Positions 24,601-38,359 of a stretch of DNA of 64,000 nucleotides are shown piece by piece. The notes beneath the pieces are model-generated. The model ran no database searches. It saw only the letters and a list, made by a program, of their open reading frames with translations, and had not been told where the DNA came from. How positions within the stretch are numbered: the first letter of the stretch is position 1; each line of letters opens with the position of its first letter. Origin of the DNA: Macrostomum hystrix (Eukaryota; Animalia; Platyhelminthes); the NCBI GenBank assembly GCA_950097015.1, contig CATNEN010000001.1, positions 21,514,001-21,578,000 on the forward strand. Direction: 5' to 3'. The position numbers were made by a program, and so were the translations under genes.

Positions 24601-27600
24601 CTGAGATCCCCAAATCGCTGAAATCCTAATCTTTTTAATCTCCCAAACTTGTCGAAATATTAAACTTGCTTCATTCCCATGCTAAAAAGTTCGAAACCTG
24701 CTGGCATCCCATGGGGCCATGCATTCACATTGTCAGTTTTTATAAACCAATTTCGGCTGGCTAGTTGGGGTATTAACTTCAGTCTGATCCGGAGTGACCC
24801 TGAACTAAAGCATCTATCAGCTCAAGTACTCAGCCAAACTCAAAGAAGAACTAAAGGAGATGCTTCAAACTCTAGCCCTTCAAAGCTCCACTTCTTAAAA
24901 ACTCCGATAGCATCTCTTATACCGAGCTCAGGACTGGGCAGTTTCTAAGAATTCAGCCGAGTTTTTAGTCCGCAAGCTGCTGCGCCTCTTTGTGAGTCGG
25001 CCTTCTTAAGCCAAGATTCACCGCCTGTTTGATAAGATACGGGATTTCGCTGCTTGCTTCTAATCCCATCAGGGCGAGATAATTCTTCATATATACTTTC
25101 CAATCCTCACAATTTAGGCCTGTTTTGGGATAATAGGTTTGGAGCAGGGGAATGAGAGGCTGTGTTATCTGTGCTCACTCGAGCATAACAATCTAAATTT
25201 GACTTTTCTAGATTGAGGGAGAAGCATATTTTAGTACTTTGGACTGCCAGAATGCTATGCATAACTTATATATCATGTAAGTCTTTAGTACCTTAGACTC
25301 CTAAATTAGGGTTTGGCATCGTGCATTGAATTTGGATTGATTGATTCTAAGGGACAAGGGATTTTAGATTTTTTAAGGCGAAGTGACAGAATGGATTGTA
25401 GAGTGACAGAATGGATTGTAGAGTGACAGAATGGATTGTAGAGTGACAGAATGGATTGTAGAGTGACAGAATGGATTGCAGAGTGACAGAATGGATTGTA
25501 GAGTGACAGAATGGATTGTAGAGTGACAGAATGGATTGTAGAGTGACAGAATGGATTGTAGAGTGACAGAATGGATTGTAGAGTGACAGAATGGATTGTA
25601 GAGTGACAGAATGGATTGCAGAGTGACAGAATGGATGGTAGAGTGACAGAATGGATTTTAGAGTGACAGAATGGATTGTAGAGTGACAGAATGGATGGTA
25701 GAGTGACAGAATGGATTTTAGAGTGACAGAATGGATTGTAGAGTGACAGAATGGATTGTAGAGTGACAGAATGGATTGCAGAGTGACAGAATGGATTGTA
25801 GAGTGACAGAATGGATTGTAGAGTGACAGAATGGATTGTAGAGTGACAGAATGGATTGTAGAGTGACAGAATGGATTTTAGAGTGACAGAATGGATTTTA
25901 GAGTGACAGAATGGATTGTAGAGTGACAGAATGGATTGTAGAGTGACAGAATGGACTGTAAAGTGATAGAATTGGGTTGTTGGTTGTAGAGCGACAGAAT
26001 TGGTTGTAGAGTGACAGAATGGGTTGTAGAGTGACAGAATGGGTTGTAGAGTGACAGAATGGGTTGTAGAGTGACAGAATGGGTTTTAGAGTGACAGAAT
26101 GGATTGTAGAGTGACAGAATGGATTTTAGAGTGACAGAATGGATTGTAGAGTGACAGAATGGATTTTAGAGTGACAGAATGGATTGTAGAGTGACAGAAT
26201 GGGTTGTAGAGTGACAGAATTGGGTTGTAGAGTGACAGAATGGATTGTAGAGTGACAGAATGTGTTGTAGAGTGACAGAATGGGTTGTAGAGTGACAGAA
26301 TGGATTGTAGAGTGACAGAATGGATGCTAGAGTGACAGAATGGATTTTAGAGTGACAGAATGGGTTGTAGAGTGACAGAATGGTTGTAGAGTGACAGAAT
26401 GGATTGTAGAGTGACAGAATGGTTTGTAGAGTGACAGAATGGGTTGTAGAGTGACAGAATGGATTGTAGAGTGACAGAATGTGTTGTAGAGTGACAGAAT
26501 GGGTTGTAGAGTGACAGAATGGATTGTAGAGTGACAGAATGGATTGTAGAGTGACAGAATGGATGGTAGAGTGACAGAATGGATTTTAGAGTGACAGAAT
26601 GGATTGTAGAGTGACAGAATGGATGGTAGAGTGACAGAATGGATTTTAGAGTGACAGAATGGGTTGTAGAGTGACAGAATGGGTTGTAGAGTGACAGAAT
26701 GGGTTGTAGAGTGACAGAATGGATTGTAGAGTGACAGAATGGGTTGTAGAGTGACAGAATGGGTTGTAGAGTTACATAGTAGATCAGATTTTCATCAAAA
26801 TTCATCGAAATAGAAGAGAAAGTACTATTTCTAAATCTGCAATATTTTTTTAGTATAAGTGAATTCGCGGCCAAACTAGAATACTCAAATGAGTACTTGT
26901 ATATATTATACGGAGCAGAGTGACGGGAGAGAGTTGAGTTCACCTAGCTATTGCAGTAGTCGGTGTGAGCAGTGGGGCATGATTGAGCTACTGTATGGCC
27001 TCTAATTACTGTGAGCTCATATTTGGAGACATAAAAGTACACCCTTGCTGACTGCATGGCAGTGGGATGTTAAGTATCATTGACCCACAATAAAGTTAGT
27101 CAATTTTTATATATTGTGGACTTATTTGTTAATTTCATTGCCGCTGAAATTCCAGAGACTCAGTCCTATGTGCTCAACTTCCACGGTCGAGTTACTCAGG
27201 CGTCTGTGAAAAATTTTCAAATCGTCTGCGACAATGACGGTGAGTATAAACCAATTTTAGGATAACCAGTTCCTATGACCGATTAAGGTATAACAGGATG
27301 CTATGACCGATTTAAGGATAACGGGTTCCTATGACCAATTTAAGCGTAACAGGTTCCTATGACCAATTTAAGCGTAACAGGTTCCTATGACCAATTTAAG
27401 CGTAACAGGTTCCTATGACCAATTTAAGCGTAACAGGTTCCTATGACCAATTTAAGCGTAACAGGTTCCTATGACCAATTTAAGCGTAACAGGTTCCTAT
27501 GACCAATTTAAGCGTAACAGGTTCCTATGACCAATTTAAGCGTAACAGGTTCCTATGACCAATTTAAGCGTAACGGGTTCCTATGACCAATTTAAGCGTA

Positions 27601-28118
27601 ACAGGTTGCTATGACCAATTTAAGCGTAACAGGTTGCTATGACCAATTTAAGTGGAAAAAGTTCCTATGACAAATTTAAGCGTAACAGGTTCCTATGACC
27701 AACCGTTGAATGATAGACTCCTATGAGTACTTATGCAATCACGGACCCGTTTGAAAAATCGTAGGATCACATGGTTCTAATGATCAATTTGATAATCATG
27801 GGTTCCAACGACCAATTTTCGAATCGTGGAATCATTCAAAATTCGAAACCACAGAGTCCTATGATCAATTATAAACTCATTATGATCAATTATAATAAAT
27901 GATAATTTAGCGAGCAAGCACATTATTGTACATAATCTGGACAAGGTCATTTCAAGGTCATTAGCAACTGTCTCTTGATTCCAGTGGACCACATTGTGAT
28001 GCAATTCGGCCGTATCTCTGATGACCTGTTCACAATGGACTTCGCCTATCCGCTCTGCCCCCTGCAAGCATTCGGCATCGCCTTGTCATCATTCGACAGC
28101 AAGCTGGCCTGCGAATGA
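17727..28118 (+). CDS. TUB: Tubby family protein (TUB/TULP), multi-exon, with a duplicated internal exon
   Basis: Exons (+): 17727..18009, 18647..18969, ~19967..20170 (3A), ~21457..22005 (3B), 23317..23953, 27156..27239, 27985..28118. N-terminal [16 protein letters not shown] helix and AYDGP..NPD motif. Tubby domain: [95 protein letters not shown]. Confidence 0.93.
18047..18332 (+). mobile_element. Complete tRNA-headed SINE, family C, with A-tail and 12-bp TSD
   Basis: A box TGGATCAGCGG, B box GGTTCGTTCC and an A7 tail (18326-18332). A perfect direct repeat GCTTCCGGTTCA lies at 18035-18046 and 18333-18344. Confidence 0.88.
19179..19495 (+). mobile_element. tRNA-derived SINE, family A, copy 2
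   Basis: Aligns with copies 1 and 3. Flanked by an 11-bp direct repeat AACCCCTTGAC (19162-19172 and 19496-19506), a candidate TSD. Confidence 0.85.
19507..19690 (+). mobile_element. Probable SINE family B (B box plus body)
   Basis: B box GGTTCGATTCC at ~19527; the body is shared with 11995-12045 in the opposite orientation. Confidence 0.55.
21470..21805 (+). repeat. Compound repeat (CAG)n-CCAAATGAACAACAAGAG encoding Qn-PNEQQE units in Tubby exon 3B
   Basis: Direct; the frame is open and continuous with the duplicated Tubby exon. Confidence 0.9.
22815..23133. repeat. (GAGT)n-type tetranucleotide microsatellite
   Basis: Direct. Confidence 0.95.
23980..24628. repeat. 17-bp minisatellite (CCCAAACTCGCTGAAAT)
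   Basis: Direct periodicity; starts ~25 bp after the Tubby donor at 23954. Confidence 0.97.
25381..26772. repeat. 20-bp minisatellite (GAGTGACAGAATGGATTGTA)
   Basis: Direct periodicity; Tubby intron. Confidence 0.98.
27250..27702. repeat. 28-bp minisatellite (TTCCTATGACCAATTTAAGCGTAACAGG)
   Basis: Direct periodicity; degenerate units start ~10 bp after the donor at 27240. Confidence 0.96.
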
Positions 28119-29520
28119 TACCCCTCTCTGTGTGGACTCGAGCTTGCGACCACACGGCATCTCAACCTATAATCTTAGTTTGTAAAAACAGACTAGGAAA
28201 ACTGTGACATGGTTACTTGATATAATTGTTATAATTAGTTTTTACATGAGCTTTTTAATTTGAAGTGGCCCAACTGTTTTGTTTGATTTCATGCATAAAG
28301 TAGATCTTACTTCGATAACTTTGAAGTATTGATTTTAGTTTTCGATTTTTTGCAGCAGACGTCCTTTTGTCCGTTTTTTCAATTTATAATTAACCGCCCA
28401 TAAAGTATGAAGTAAAAGTGCAACGATCTATGAGAATCTTTCTCCCGATCGGATTGTTTTATCTTAAATGAACATTGCTTTTCCCATTCATCTGTGCAAT
28501 TTACAAACATGTAATTTTAGTATGTACAACAAAAAACCCGATAGAATAATACATGTCAACAGCTGAATGAAAGTACATATGTGTCTCTCCTGTTTAATAT
28601 ACAGCTTAGGAAGTGTATATATAATTCTATACATTCACACTAAGTCATTTTTATCATCGCATCAGCTGCTGCACTTCTCTTTGCTGACTTCTTTGTGATT
28701 AGTTTTTGTTTTTTTAAGTTAATTCTGAAGCGGATGAACGAGTAAAATATAATGGAAGATTTTTTACGCAATCGAAACTTTTTCCTAAAAAGATTTATAA
28801 AGATTTTGGTTTGGAGAGATTCAACTTATACTCGTAGACAGCAGAAAGTTTCAAATTTCTGTTCTGAAAATTTTCGTTTTTGAAATATTTTAACATACGA
28901 TCCGTACAGCACTACTTATTAGTAGGCGAGTAATGTAAATGCATAGATATTTTAGTAATTGTTTAGACTCGCATAAACTATCTGCGGATCGATACTCACA
29001 AGGGGTCGGGTCATTTGGCAAACTAAATGAGCACTTTATAGCCATCGTTTTGAGTCCTTTAGTTTTGAGTCCTAACCAAAGTTAAGTTTACAAAAGCTAC
29101 TTTTAGTATTTTCTTTACTTTCTCTTAATTTCTCTTTTTAGATATTAGACTTTTAATGGCTTCAAGAAACACAAGGTATAGGCATTGTATTGTTCAATGC
29201 TAGTCGACACGCAGAAAATACTTTAATTAAGAAATGAAGCAGCAGCAGCAGCCATACAATGGCCTAGGCTATTCTTGCTAGTTAAAAAAAACTTCACCGC
29301 CTGTTGAATACCTGAATACCTGCAGCTTACCTGAGTCTGAGCAGGTATTGTACAGTGTAGAGCCAAGAGCTAGCACAATTATGTTGAGTGCCGATAAGAC
29401 TGATAAAAAGAGCAGAGACTCATTCTGTGCTCAACTATTCTTCTGTTTAAATGGATCCAAGGCCAGTGTAGCCTATTGCCTATTTGTGCTAAATCAAATC
29501 GAATTCAAGTTTAACAGAAA

Positions 29521-32500
29521 ATGAACGAGTCAAGCTCACCAGCTGAAGCCGAGGACTCAGCTGACAACCGACTCAGACAGTTGAAAGCATGTCTGAGCAT
29601 CATTGCCAAGAATGTGCCTGTGTCTGACGAGTTGTTGCAACTGCTGCAGGCTTCAGGGAATGGCGAGAGAACAATGTCTGGACGACAGCAGGAAGGCCAC
29701 CCGGTTGACGACGGTGCGAGGTCGGCTGGAAAGACAGGAGCTGTGAGTTTAGATCCTCAGACTTTTTTCAGCCCACTCAGATACTGGTCTTTCCCAAACG
29801 TCAGGTCTGTCAATCTCACACTCAAATGTATCAATCGAACGATGTTTGTCTTATCAATCTCGATGTCAATCTTATCAATCTCGATGTCTATCTTATCAAT
29901 CTCGATATAAATCTTTTCAATCCTAATGTAAATCTTATTTATCTCAATCTTATCAATCTCGATGTCAATCTTATCAATCTCGATGTCAATCTTATCTATC
30001 TCGATGTCAATCTTATCAATCTCGATGTCTATCTTATCAATCTCGATGTCAATCTTATTAATCTCTTTGTCAATCTTATCAGTCCTTACTGTCAATCTCG
30101 TCTTTCTCACTGTCAATCTTATAAATATCATTGTATAGTATTAATCTTACTCTTTGTCATCTTTACAATTTAGATATTGATGCTAATCGCATCAGTTTAA
30201 TTGATATTTAGAAAAATACAAAATCATTAAATAACAGTTTCTGCCAAAAATGGAATACTTTTTTCATGTCTTTAGAATTCATAAATGAACAATTATTTCA
30301 TGACTTAAACGTAGTTCTTTTTTTCCGCGAAATTCGATTCTCAAACAGAGAACCGGGTCTCTACGACGGTCGCAGTCTGAGCAGCACCTGTTTGTTGGCA
30401 TGGCAACGCTGGAATTGGATCGGCTTCAACAAGTGGCCAACTGCCTTCGGATAGCTGGGCACCCGCTGATGTGTGAGCTGCTGCAGCAGACTGGTAAACA
30501 GGCCTGTCCTAAACTGGCTTTAAATGCTGAAAGATTCCCTTTGCTGTGTTCATGTTTACTCAACCAGCCTGCTCCCCTAGGATTTGAGCAGGTATAATTG
30601 AGCCGCCCAGATTTCTTCCCTTTGTTGCTGTCCCTCCGTCTGAAATTTCCTGCCCACCTAGAAGCCGGGCGTCAAACAAAAGTCTGGAGTTGAAGTCAAA
30701 CCCTCCTTCCAGTGTCCTCGATCAAGAGCCTAGACCAAGGGGCTACTGAACAGACTGAAGCACTGCTGTTCGGCACCGGTCAGCTGCCCAAGTCCTTGGC
30801 CGACTGCCTCGCCGACTCGCCCGAAGCTCAGGCGGAGCTCGCCGAGCTGCTGTCAGAGCGCCGCCTGCTGGTCTGGTGCCGGGAATCGCTGTTCGACCCG
30901 GCCGGAGCCGACGTTATGAGCCTGCGCCGCCAGCACGCCGAGGAGTCCTGGCGAGCTGCCAGGGAGCTTCGAGAGAGGACGGCCGCGGTCACCGAGCTGC
31001 AGACTAAGGTGCCATTGTGGGCATTGGTCGGCTGATGGACTGCGTGACACTATTTTGATAGACTGTGTGACAGTGGTTTGATAGACTGTGTGACAGTGGT
31101 TTGATGGACTGTGTGACAGTGGTTTGATGGACTGTGTGACAGTGGTTTGATAGACTGTGTGACGGTGGTTTGATAGACTGTGACAGTGGTTTGATAGACT
31201 GTGACAGTGGTTTGATAGACTGTGTGACAGTGGTTTGATAGACTGTGTGACAGTGGTTTGATAGACTGTGTGACAGTGGTTTGATGGACTGTGTGACGGT
31301 GGTTTGATAGACTGTGTGACAGTGATTTGATGGACTGTGTGACAGTGGTTCGATAGACTGTGTGACAGTGGTTCGATAGACTGTGTGACAGTGGTTTGAT
31401 AGACTGTGTGACAGTGGTTTGATAGACTGTGTGACGGTGGTTTGATAGACTGTGTGACGGTGGTTTGATAGACTGTGTGACAGTGGTTTGATAGACTGTG
31501 TGACGGTGGTTTGATAGACTGTGTGACAGTGGTTTGATAGACTGTGACAGTGGTTTGATAGACTGTGTGACAGTGGTTTGATAGACTGTGTGACAGTGGT
31601 TTGATAGACTGTGTGACAGTGGTTTGATAGACTGTGTGACAGTGGTTTGATAGACTGTGACAGTGGTTTGATAGACTGTGTGAAAGTGGTTTGATAGACT
31701 GTGTGACGGTGGTTTGATAGACTGTGTGACAGTGGTTTGATAGACTGTGTGACAGTGGTTTGATAGACTGTGTGACGGTGGTTTGATAGACTGTGTGACA
31801 GTGGTTTGATAGACTGTGTGACAGTGGTTTGATAGACTGTGTGACAGTGGTTTGATAGACTGTGTGACGGTGGTTGATAGTCTGTGTGACAGTGGTTTGA
31901 TAGACTGTGTGACAGTGGTTTGATAGACTGTGTGACGGTGGTTTGATAGACTGTGTGACAGTGGTTTGATAGACTGTGTGACGGTGGTTGATAGACTGTG
32001 TGACAGTGGTTTGATAGACTGTGTGACAGTGGTTTGATAGAATGTGTGACAGTGGTTTGATAGACTGTGTGACAGTGGTTTGATAGACTGTGTGACAGTG
32101 GTTTGATAGACTGTGTGACAGTGGTTTGATGGACTGTGTGACGGTGGTTTGATAGACTGTGTGACAGTGGTTTGATGGACTGTGTGACAGTGGTTTGATG
32201 GACTGTGTGACAGTGGTTTGATGGACTGTGTGACAGTGGTTTGATGGACTGTGTGACAGTGGTTTGATAGACTGTGACAGTGGTTTGATAGACTGTGACA
32301 GTGGTTTGATAGACTGTGTGACAGTGGTTTGATAGACTGTGTGACAGTGGTTTGATAGACTGTGTGACAGTGGTTTGATAGACTGTGTGACAGTGGTTTG
32401 ATAGACTGTGTGACAGTGGTTTGATAGACTGTGTGACAGTGGTTTGATAGACTGTGACAGTGGTTTGATAGACTGTGTGACAGTGGTTTGATAGACTGTG

Positions 32501-33753
32501 ACAGTGGTTTGATAGACTGTGACAGTGGTTTGATAGACTGTGTGACAGTGGTTTGATAGACTGTGACAGTGGTTTGATAGACTGTGTGACAGTGGTTTGA
32601 TAGACTGTGTTAATGCCATTAATTGTTCGATCTATCAGACTGATCAGTTGTCTGGTCATAACTCTTCAATCGATCATTTCAGTTGTCAGCAGCGGAGGTG
32701 GCTCTATCGAACCGAGATGAGACCATCGCTCAGCTGGAGTCTCGTCTCTCCGCACTGGCAGCAGCAGCCGGAGCTGCCGAGGCTGTCGACGAGCTGAAAC
32801 GCCAGATGGAGGTGTCGCGGCGGCACCAGGCAGCCAGCGAGAGTCAGGCCCAGCGAGTCACCACTCGCCTGGAGGCCTACTGTGCAGCTTTCGACATTTT
32901 AGTGGCCGAAACGCGCCAATTTGAAACCGAAGCCGCAGAACTTCTGCCACCGTTGCAATCGCCGAATTCAACAACAGAAGCCGAGAATCACGCAGCTACG
33001 AACGGCAGCTTCGTTGAGAATCTTCGACAGGAGCTGGACGATTCGCATCGACTGGCGTCGTTTCAGTCCTACTTTAGCAACCGGTTCCTAGCAGTCTGGC
33101 GCTCTCTGCTAGACGAACGACGCCAGCTGGTGCAGCTGGCCCAGAGTCTGGCTGCCAGTGACCACGCCGATGATGCCAACGAAGACTCGCAGTTTCAGCC
33201 GGACGAGCCGCTGGCTGGCGAAATCGCTCGACTCATTGCACGCCAGTCTGAGGAGAACTCGCTCCTGACTGCCCGACATCGTCTGCTATTGAAGGTCCTG
33301 GACGATAATAGCGTGACGGCGGAATCGGCAGCCGATGATGAGCTGGTGGCAGCGGTGGGATCGCTGCGGCAACAGCTGGCTGAGCGAGACCGGCGCATCG
33401 CCAGCCTCACAAAAGCATCTGGTTCAACCGCTCAAGTTGGGTCGCCTTCGCCGCCTCCGCAGCCGCCGCGTCGCTCAGCGGCTGTCGCCCGAGCCTGGGA
33501 CGAGGTTGCACCGGAGCTCGGGGGGAGCGGCAACTCCAGCGGCGATCTCAAGCGCTACTCGGTGCTGCCGGAAATCCAGTCGGCGTCGAGCACCGGCGGT
33601 GGTCAGAATCGCAGGTTGTCGATGAACGGAGGCGGCTCGGCCGGCGGAGTCATTCCGCACAGCCATCGCAAAGCCACCAGACGGGAGAGCAATGCGAAGA
33701 AGCGCGAGCCGCCCGGCAAGCCGCTGCCAGCGAATGTGGTGTCGCTGACTTAG
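29521..33753 (+). CDS. Uncharacterised coiled-coil protein, ~577 aa, 4 exons
   Basis: Phase-consistent exons 29521..29742, 30349..30493, 30713..31008, 32683..33753. GC-rich codon usage, heptad-like E/L/R/Q-rich segments, AATAAA at ~33889. No family recognised. Confidence 0.75.
29845..30165. repeat. 21-bp minisatellite (ATCTTATCAATCTCGATGTCA), partly decayed
   Basis: Direct periodicity; intron 1 of the coiled-coil gene. Confidence 0.9.
31033..32610. repeat. 23-bp minisatellite (TGATAGACTGTGTGACAGTGGTT, with 21-bp variants)
   Basis: Direct periodicity; fills intron 3 (31009-32682) almost end to end. Confidence 0.98.
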
Positions 33754-34452
33754 TCCCTGACGAGAAACTGACACCACAAATGGCTTGCCGGTTGCTCCCC
33801 TTGCAGATTATAATTCACGAACATATCTATCAATATTTATGCTTTTAAACCAGCTACTAACATTCTTTGTTAACGTTCAAACAAGGTGAATAAATTAACT
33901 ATATTTACACTCGTATGTTTGTATAATTGCAAATATAAAATATTTATATTTACTTTATAATGGTAGTTAAAATTAGTTTCAACAAACCGTTTCCAAATAC
34001 GCTCGTATTGAGAATATTTGAAGCAACTTTTTGACAAAACTACCCGAGTTTTTATCGTTGGAGTGTTCTACTTTTAGGCGTTCCTTTTGTAGTCTATTTA
34101 GGCTTTAAAATTTCTTTAAGTGTACAATAAAAATTTCATAACGTGTACTGTATAAAAAAGCAAGCTTTTTTTCAGGGGGATCAACTTAAAGTGAATTAAA
34201 AGTTTATGCTACTCGTACTCATAGATTAGAAAAAGCGCCATCACCATGTGTAGTTTGGACCAATCAGCAGTTCATGGACTGTGTTGCTGGGCAGTAATAT
34301 AAAAATCAAACTTTTAAATTGAAAGTCATGCACTTGCGTAGTTTTCTGAAACTTTCTCTGTATGTTTGTCACCTCTTAGACTAGGACAGGAATTTCTCGA
34401 GCAGTTATTGTCAACACTAATCATGCACCTTAGTGAAGGTGACATCATGCCA

Positions 34453-37049
34453 TCAGCCGTAGATATTGATGGCCTCCTGTTGCGGACCAGCCGGCTCTCT
34501 GGAGGGCAGCTGCAGGGTGCCGCTGCCGCTGGGCAGCTTGGACATCTGAATCGGACGGCTCACACTGTCGCTGCTGATTTGCGAGCTGGGCTCACTGTCC
34601 GAATCAGAGCGTCTCTGTCTGAAGTCGCGCCAGACGCACTTCAGTAGTCGGGCAGCGGTGCTCTCATCAGAGTTGGCGGCAATCAGCTGGAACACGAGCA
34701 GGCCGTCCGTGCCCAGACACTTGTCCGTGAACTTCTCCAGGTCGAGCCTGCTCACATCCGGGTCGCTTAGGCGGCTGATAAACGCTCTGCGTTGCCATGG
34801 CAGCAGTAGAGCCGCGAGCCAGCCGAGAGAGTGCAGCACGGTTACTACGGCAACTAGAAGCATCCAGAAGCCGGCGAAGACAAAAATCTTCTCGGTGAAA
34901 ATGTTGATGGCCAACACGCACTGGATTGAGTAGCTGCGAATTCGAGTGTAAGAGAGAGAGACAGTAGTAATGCTTGAGTACACTTGGCATGAATTTTCTA
35001 CCCATGGCAATAGCTTAGGCAAGTAGGCCTTTTAGAAATTGATTTTCCCCTCGGGGAAAGAACGCTGGGGTATTTAGATACCCACTGCCTGCTTCACAAT
35101 GGATCCTAAACCGAATGACCGACTTTCGTGAAAGTCCACCATATGGATCAAACTTAATTGTGGTGGTAATTGTCGTGATAGCTCGTGGTAGTAGCTCGTG
35201 GTAGTAGCTTTTAGTGGTAGCTTGTGGTGGTAGCTCGTGGTGGTAGCTCGTCGAGGTAGCTCGTGGTGGTAATTGTGGTGGTAATTGTGGTAGTAGCTTC
35301 TAGTGGTAGCTTGTGGTGGTCGCTCATGGGACAGCTCACGGTGACTGCTTAAAACTCATACTTTCAAGGAAATCCCATTACCCCACAGGAGATCAGGTTA
35401 GGTAGTGGCCATCATCACAATGGTTCGATGACGATCATATGAAAGAAGCACGCGATTGTTCCGGAAGAAATCGCTGATAAGGTTTTGTTTCAGCTTGTCT
35501 CACCTCTGTCTCAGCCTTGACTCACTTGTTAATGTTGCCGAGTCGACGAATTGAGAAGTCGCAGAACGTCACCCTGGGGAAGTGACCGGATTCGTGCCAC
35601 TCGACTCCCAGCGCCAGGTCGCGAGTCACCGTGAACAGCGAGTCGGTGGCTCGGCCGAAAAATGACGACAGAATGAAGAACTGGGCTAGAGAGTTCACGG
35701 AATACAGCAGCTTGGTGATGAGGTACAGGCAGGTTAGGTAGCTTCGCTGGAAGAAGAAGCTGCCCCTCTCCGAGTCCATCCTGGTGAGGATGTTGGAGCT
35801 CAGCTGGAAGCCGACGCCCTCCAGGTTGTCTCGATTGACGGCGCGGGAGACGATCGAAGTCAAGTCGAGTCCTGCGTCAGGTGACGATTATAACAATTTT
35901 AATCGACGCATAATTTGGCAGGTCCCAGAAGCACACACACCCACATAGATACGCACATTGGTGTACACTCCACTGTAATCTTTGGTATTGGCCCCTCTTG
36001 GCGTAAACTTCTCAGCAAACAACCAGGCACCCAACGGCTGTGGACTCGGCGGGTATTTCACTACATTGTAATTGAAATTCGCACAACAAAAAGTCAAACT
36101 AAATATAAATATGAGCACAAGCTGCCCAAGCCTTCTCTCCGCGGCTCCCACGCGCCGCTGATTCGAGCTCAAGGGATTTTAGAAGTTTGAAACGCCACCT
36201 ATGCTAGTAACACCACACTGCAATCAGATTTTCAATCGAGGACCACTTGAGTAGAAGGACTCGAGACTTTCGATTCGTGGAAAATTATTTGAAAGCCAAA
36301 ATCTTAACCAAAATCTCCAGTTTCATTTCAACCTAATATATCAATTGTGAGCTACGTTTGAGCACTATGATGTTTGCAGGTTGCTCCCCTGATTCACAAG
36401 TAATTAGTGAAGCTGATTCTCAGATGCCCTTTCAGTTATAAATATACGAGAAATATACTCGTACAAAAACTCTCCTATCTCAGTCATGCATTTGTGACGT
36501 CATTTTAAAGAGAAAAACCTTTTTTGTTTGCATCAGGAAAACGACAGTGCCATGGACAGATACAACGGTAAAAAGTCTCAATCAGGTGGCTCAGAATGAA
36601 TAAATGTATACACTGGGCATTTATTAGAGCTAGAAGTATTAGGAGGGCTCACCGCACTTCCAGTTGAACATTCGCCAGACCATCGCTGGCAGGTAGTAAC
36701 AGAAGGCCTGCAGTGTCATCACGTAGGGAATCCACTGATAGTAGCCAATCTCCTGCGTCTTCCTCACCTCGGCGTGCGGCGACAGCTCCTCGGCGTGTGG
36801 CACAAAGTAGGTGTTCTTCACCCAGCAGTAGTCCTCCGCGTACTGGATCCAGGGGTCCTTGAACTCCTGCGGTGTCCAGCATTTCAACGGCTCGCCGACA
36901 ATCTGCTTGGCGCTGAGAATGATGGCAAACATCACCATGATCAGCGCCGTCCAGTACCTGTTCAGCCTGTCCACGAAGTCATCGTCGAGCTTCGAGTCGC
37001 CAGTCAAGTGGTTGAAGCCCTTGATTGTTTCAAACAGTGCGAAATCCAT
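34453..37049 (-). CDS. inx: Innexin (gap junction protein), ~407 aa, 3 exons
   Basis: Exons (-): 37049..36653, 35871..35526, 34933..34453. Motifs DDDFVDRLNRYWT, GEPLKCWTP, YAEDYCWVKNTY, YYQWIPY, FPRVTFCDF and YSIQCVLAINIFTEKIFVFAGFW. Confidence 0.95.
35160..35345. repeat. Degenerate ~13-bp repeat (GTGGTAGTAGCTC)
   Basis: Direct; innexin intron 2. Confidence 0.75.
35925..36225 (-). mobile_element. Diverged SINE family A-related copy
   Basis: The minus strand reads TGAGCTCGAATCAGCGGCG..GAGCCGCGGAGAGAAGGCTTGGGCAGCTTGT and ..TGTACAC..GTGTGTGTGCT, matching family A landmarks. Confidence 0.6.
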
Positions 37050-38359
37050 TGCACCGGGCAATTAGCTAAAACCGATCGTAGCTTCAGCAACACTCAGTGG
37101 GCCAGAAATTCGTTAAAACTAGCCGAGACAAGTTGGTGCTTATCTAACGGCCTCTCTGCGTGTACACTTACGGCCCAGTCACGTGTTGAACTCAAACTTC
37201 AACTTTGCTGTGCGCTGGTTAATCTAATCTGCAAGACGTTGCTGAGACTTGAGCAGTTAAGTAAGAGCTCCATACAAACAGCTCGGTTGATTTTGAAAGC
37301 CAAAATGCAGAGTTCATATTTGGCTTAAAAAGGAAAGCGATTAGTCAAAAAGGCCTCATCAAATTAGTTTTACTGTTTGGCCAGAAATATTTTTAATTGA
37401 CAAATGCAACCGCAGTAGGCTGAATGCCCAGTCTTCTTGGCAAAAGCATTTTACTAAAGCGTTTAAATGAAGTGTCATTTTGAAGTAGAGAATGAAGTAC
37501 ATTTTCGGTTCTATAAGGCAAAGACTGTCCTGACTTTTAGATTGTTTGAAGACAGTTGTATTCGATCCAATTTTTGTTTATTTTTTATTTTCACTTTTTG
37601 TGAATTATAAAGCCAAACTTTTCATTCACATAATTCACATGCATGCCGCCCTTTAGCGCAAGCGCAAGTGATTTGCTCTGATTGGCTGGGGGGTTTCACG
37701 TCTGCCCCAGCCAGTCAAGGCCGGGGGTGGGGTTTGTTTACGCATAGTCATACATATAAAGTGTGCGCGCGGACAGGGGAGGCGCCCCACCACCCCAGCT
37801 GATGCCGGTGCACATTTTACAGCTGGTTGGGCTCCGGCACTGGCAAATAAGTGTCTCGTTCAATGACACAAATTGTATCCCCTGTTCTTTGAAGATTCGA
37901 ACTCCCGACTTTTCGGTTAGAAATCCCAAGTCCCAAACCAAAGCACAAGATTGCGAGTCAAATTAATATTATGTCTTGTTTACTGCGACTGCGTGCGTGG
38001 CTGGCGCCGCACGATTGTACAAGCATTCAAGCACACTGGAGTTGTATTCTCTCTGCCCCTCTCAATGGAAGGGTACAATACGCGCTATGTTTTGCGAGAC
38101 AGAAATCCGGACGAAATTTTTGGTATTAAAGAAATGCAAGACTGATATTTTAAGTGTCAAGACGCAATGGCCGCTATTTTTGACACGAAAGTGGCGAATT
38201 CTGCAGCTAAACTCTTATCTATTGTACACTACAAGGTACTGACATCATATAGTCTGCTATGCTTTTCACTACCTTTAGCCAGTTTAGCCAGACTATATAA
38301 TAGACAAGAATGTGACCCAACAAACTATAAAGTATAGCCTGTTTGCAAGAAAAGTACAA

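Noticed and set aside
24700-25110. Possible non-LTR retrotransposon remnant on the minus strand (ESWL..GLKTRLN)
   Set aside because: Only a hint of one motif, with multiple stops and no RT or zinc-knuckle motif seen.
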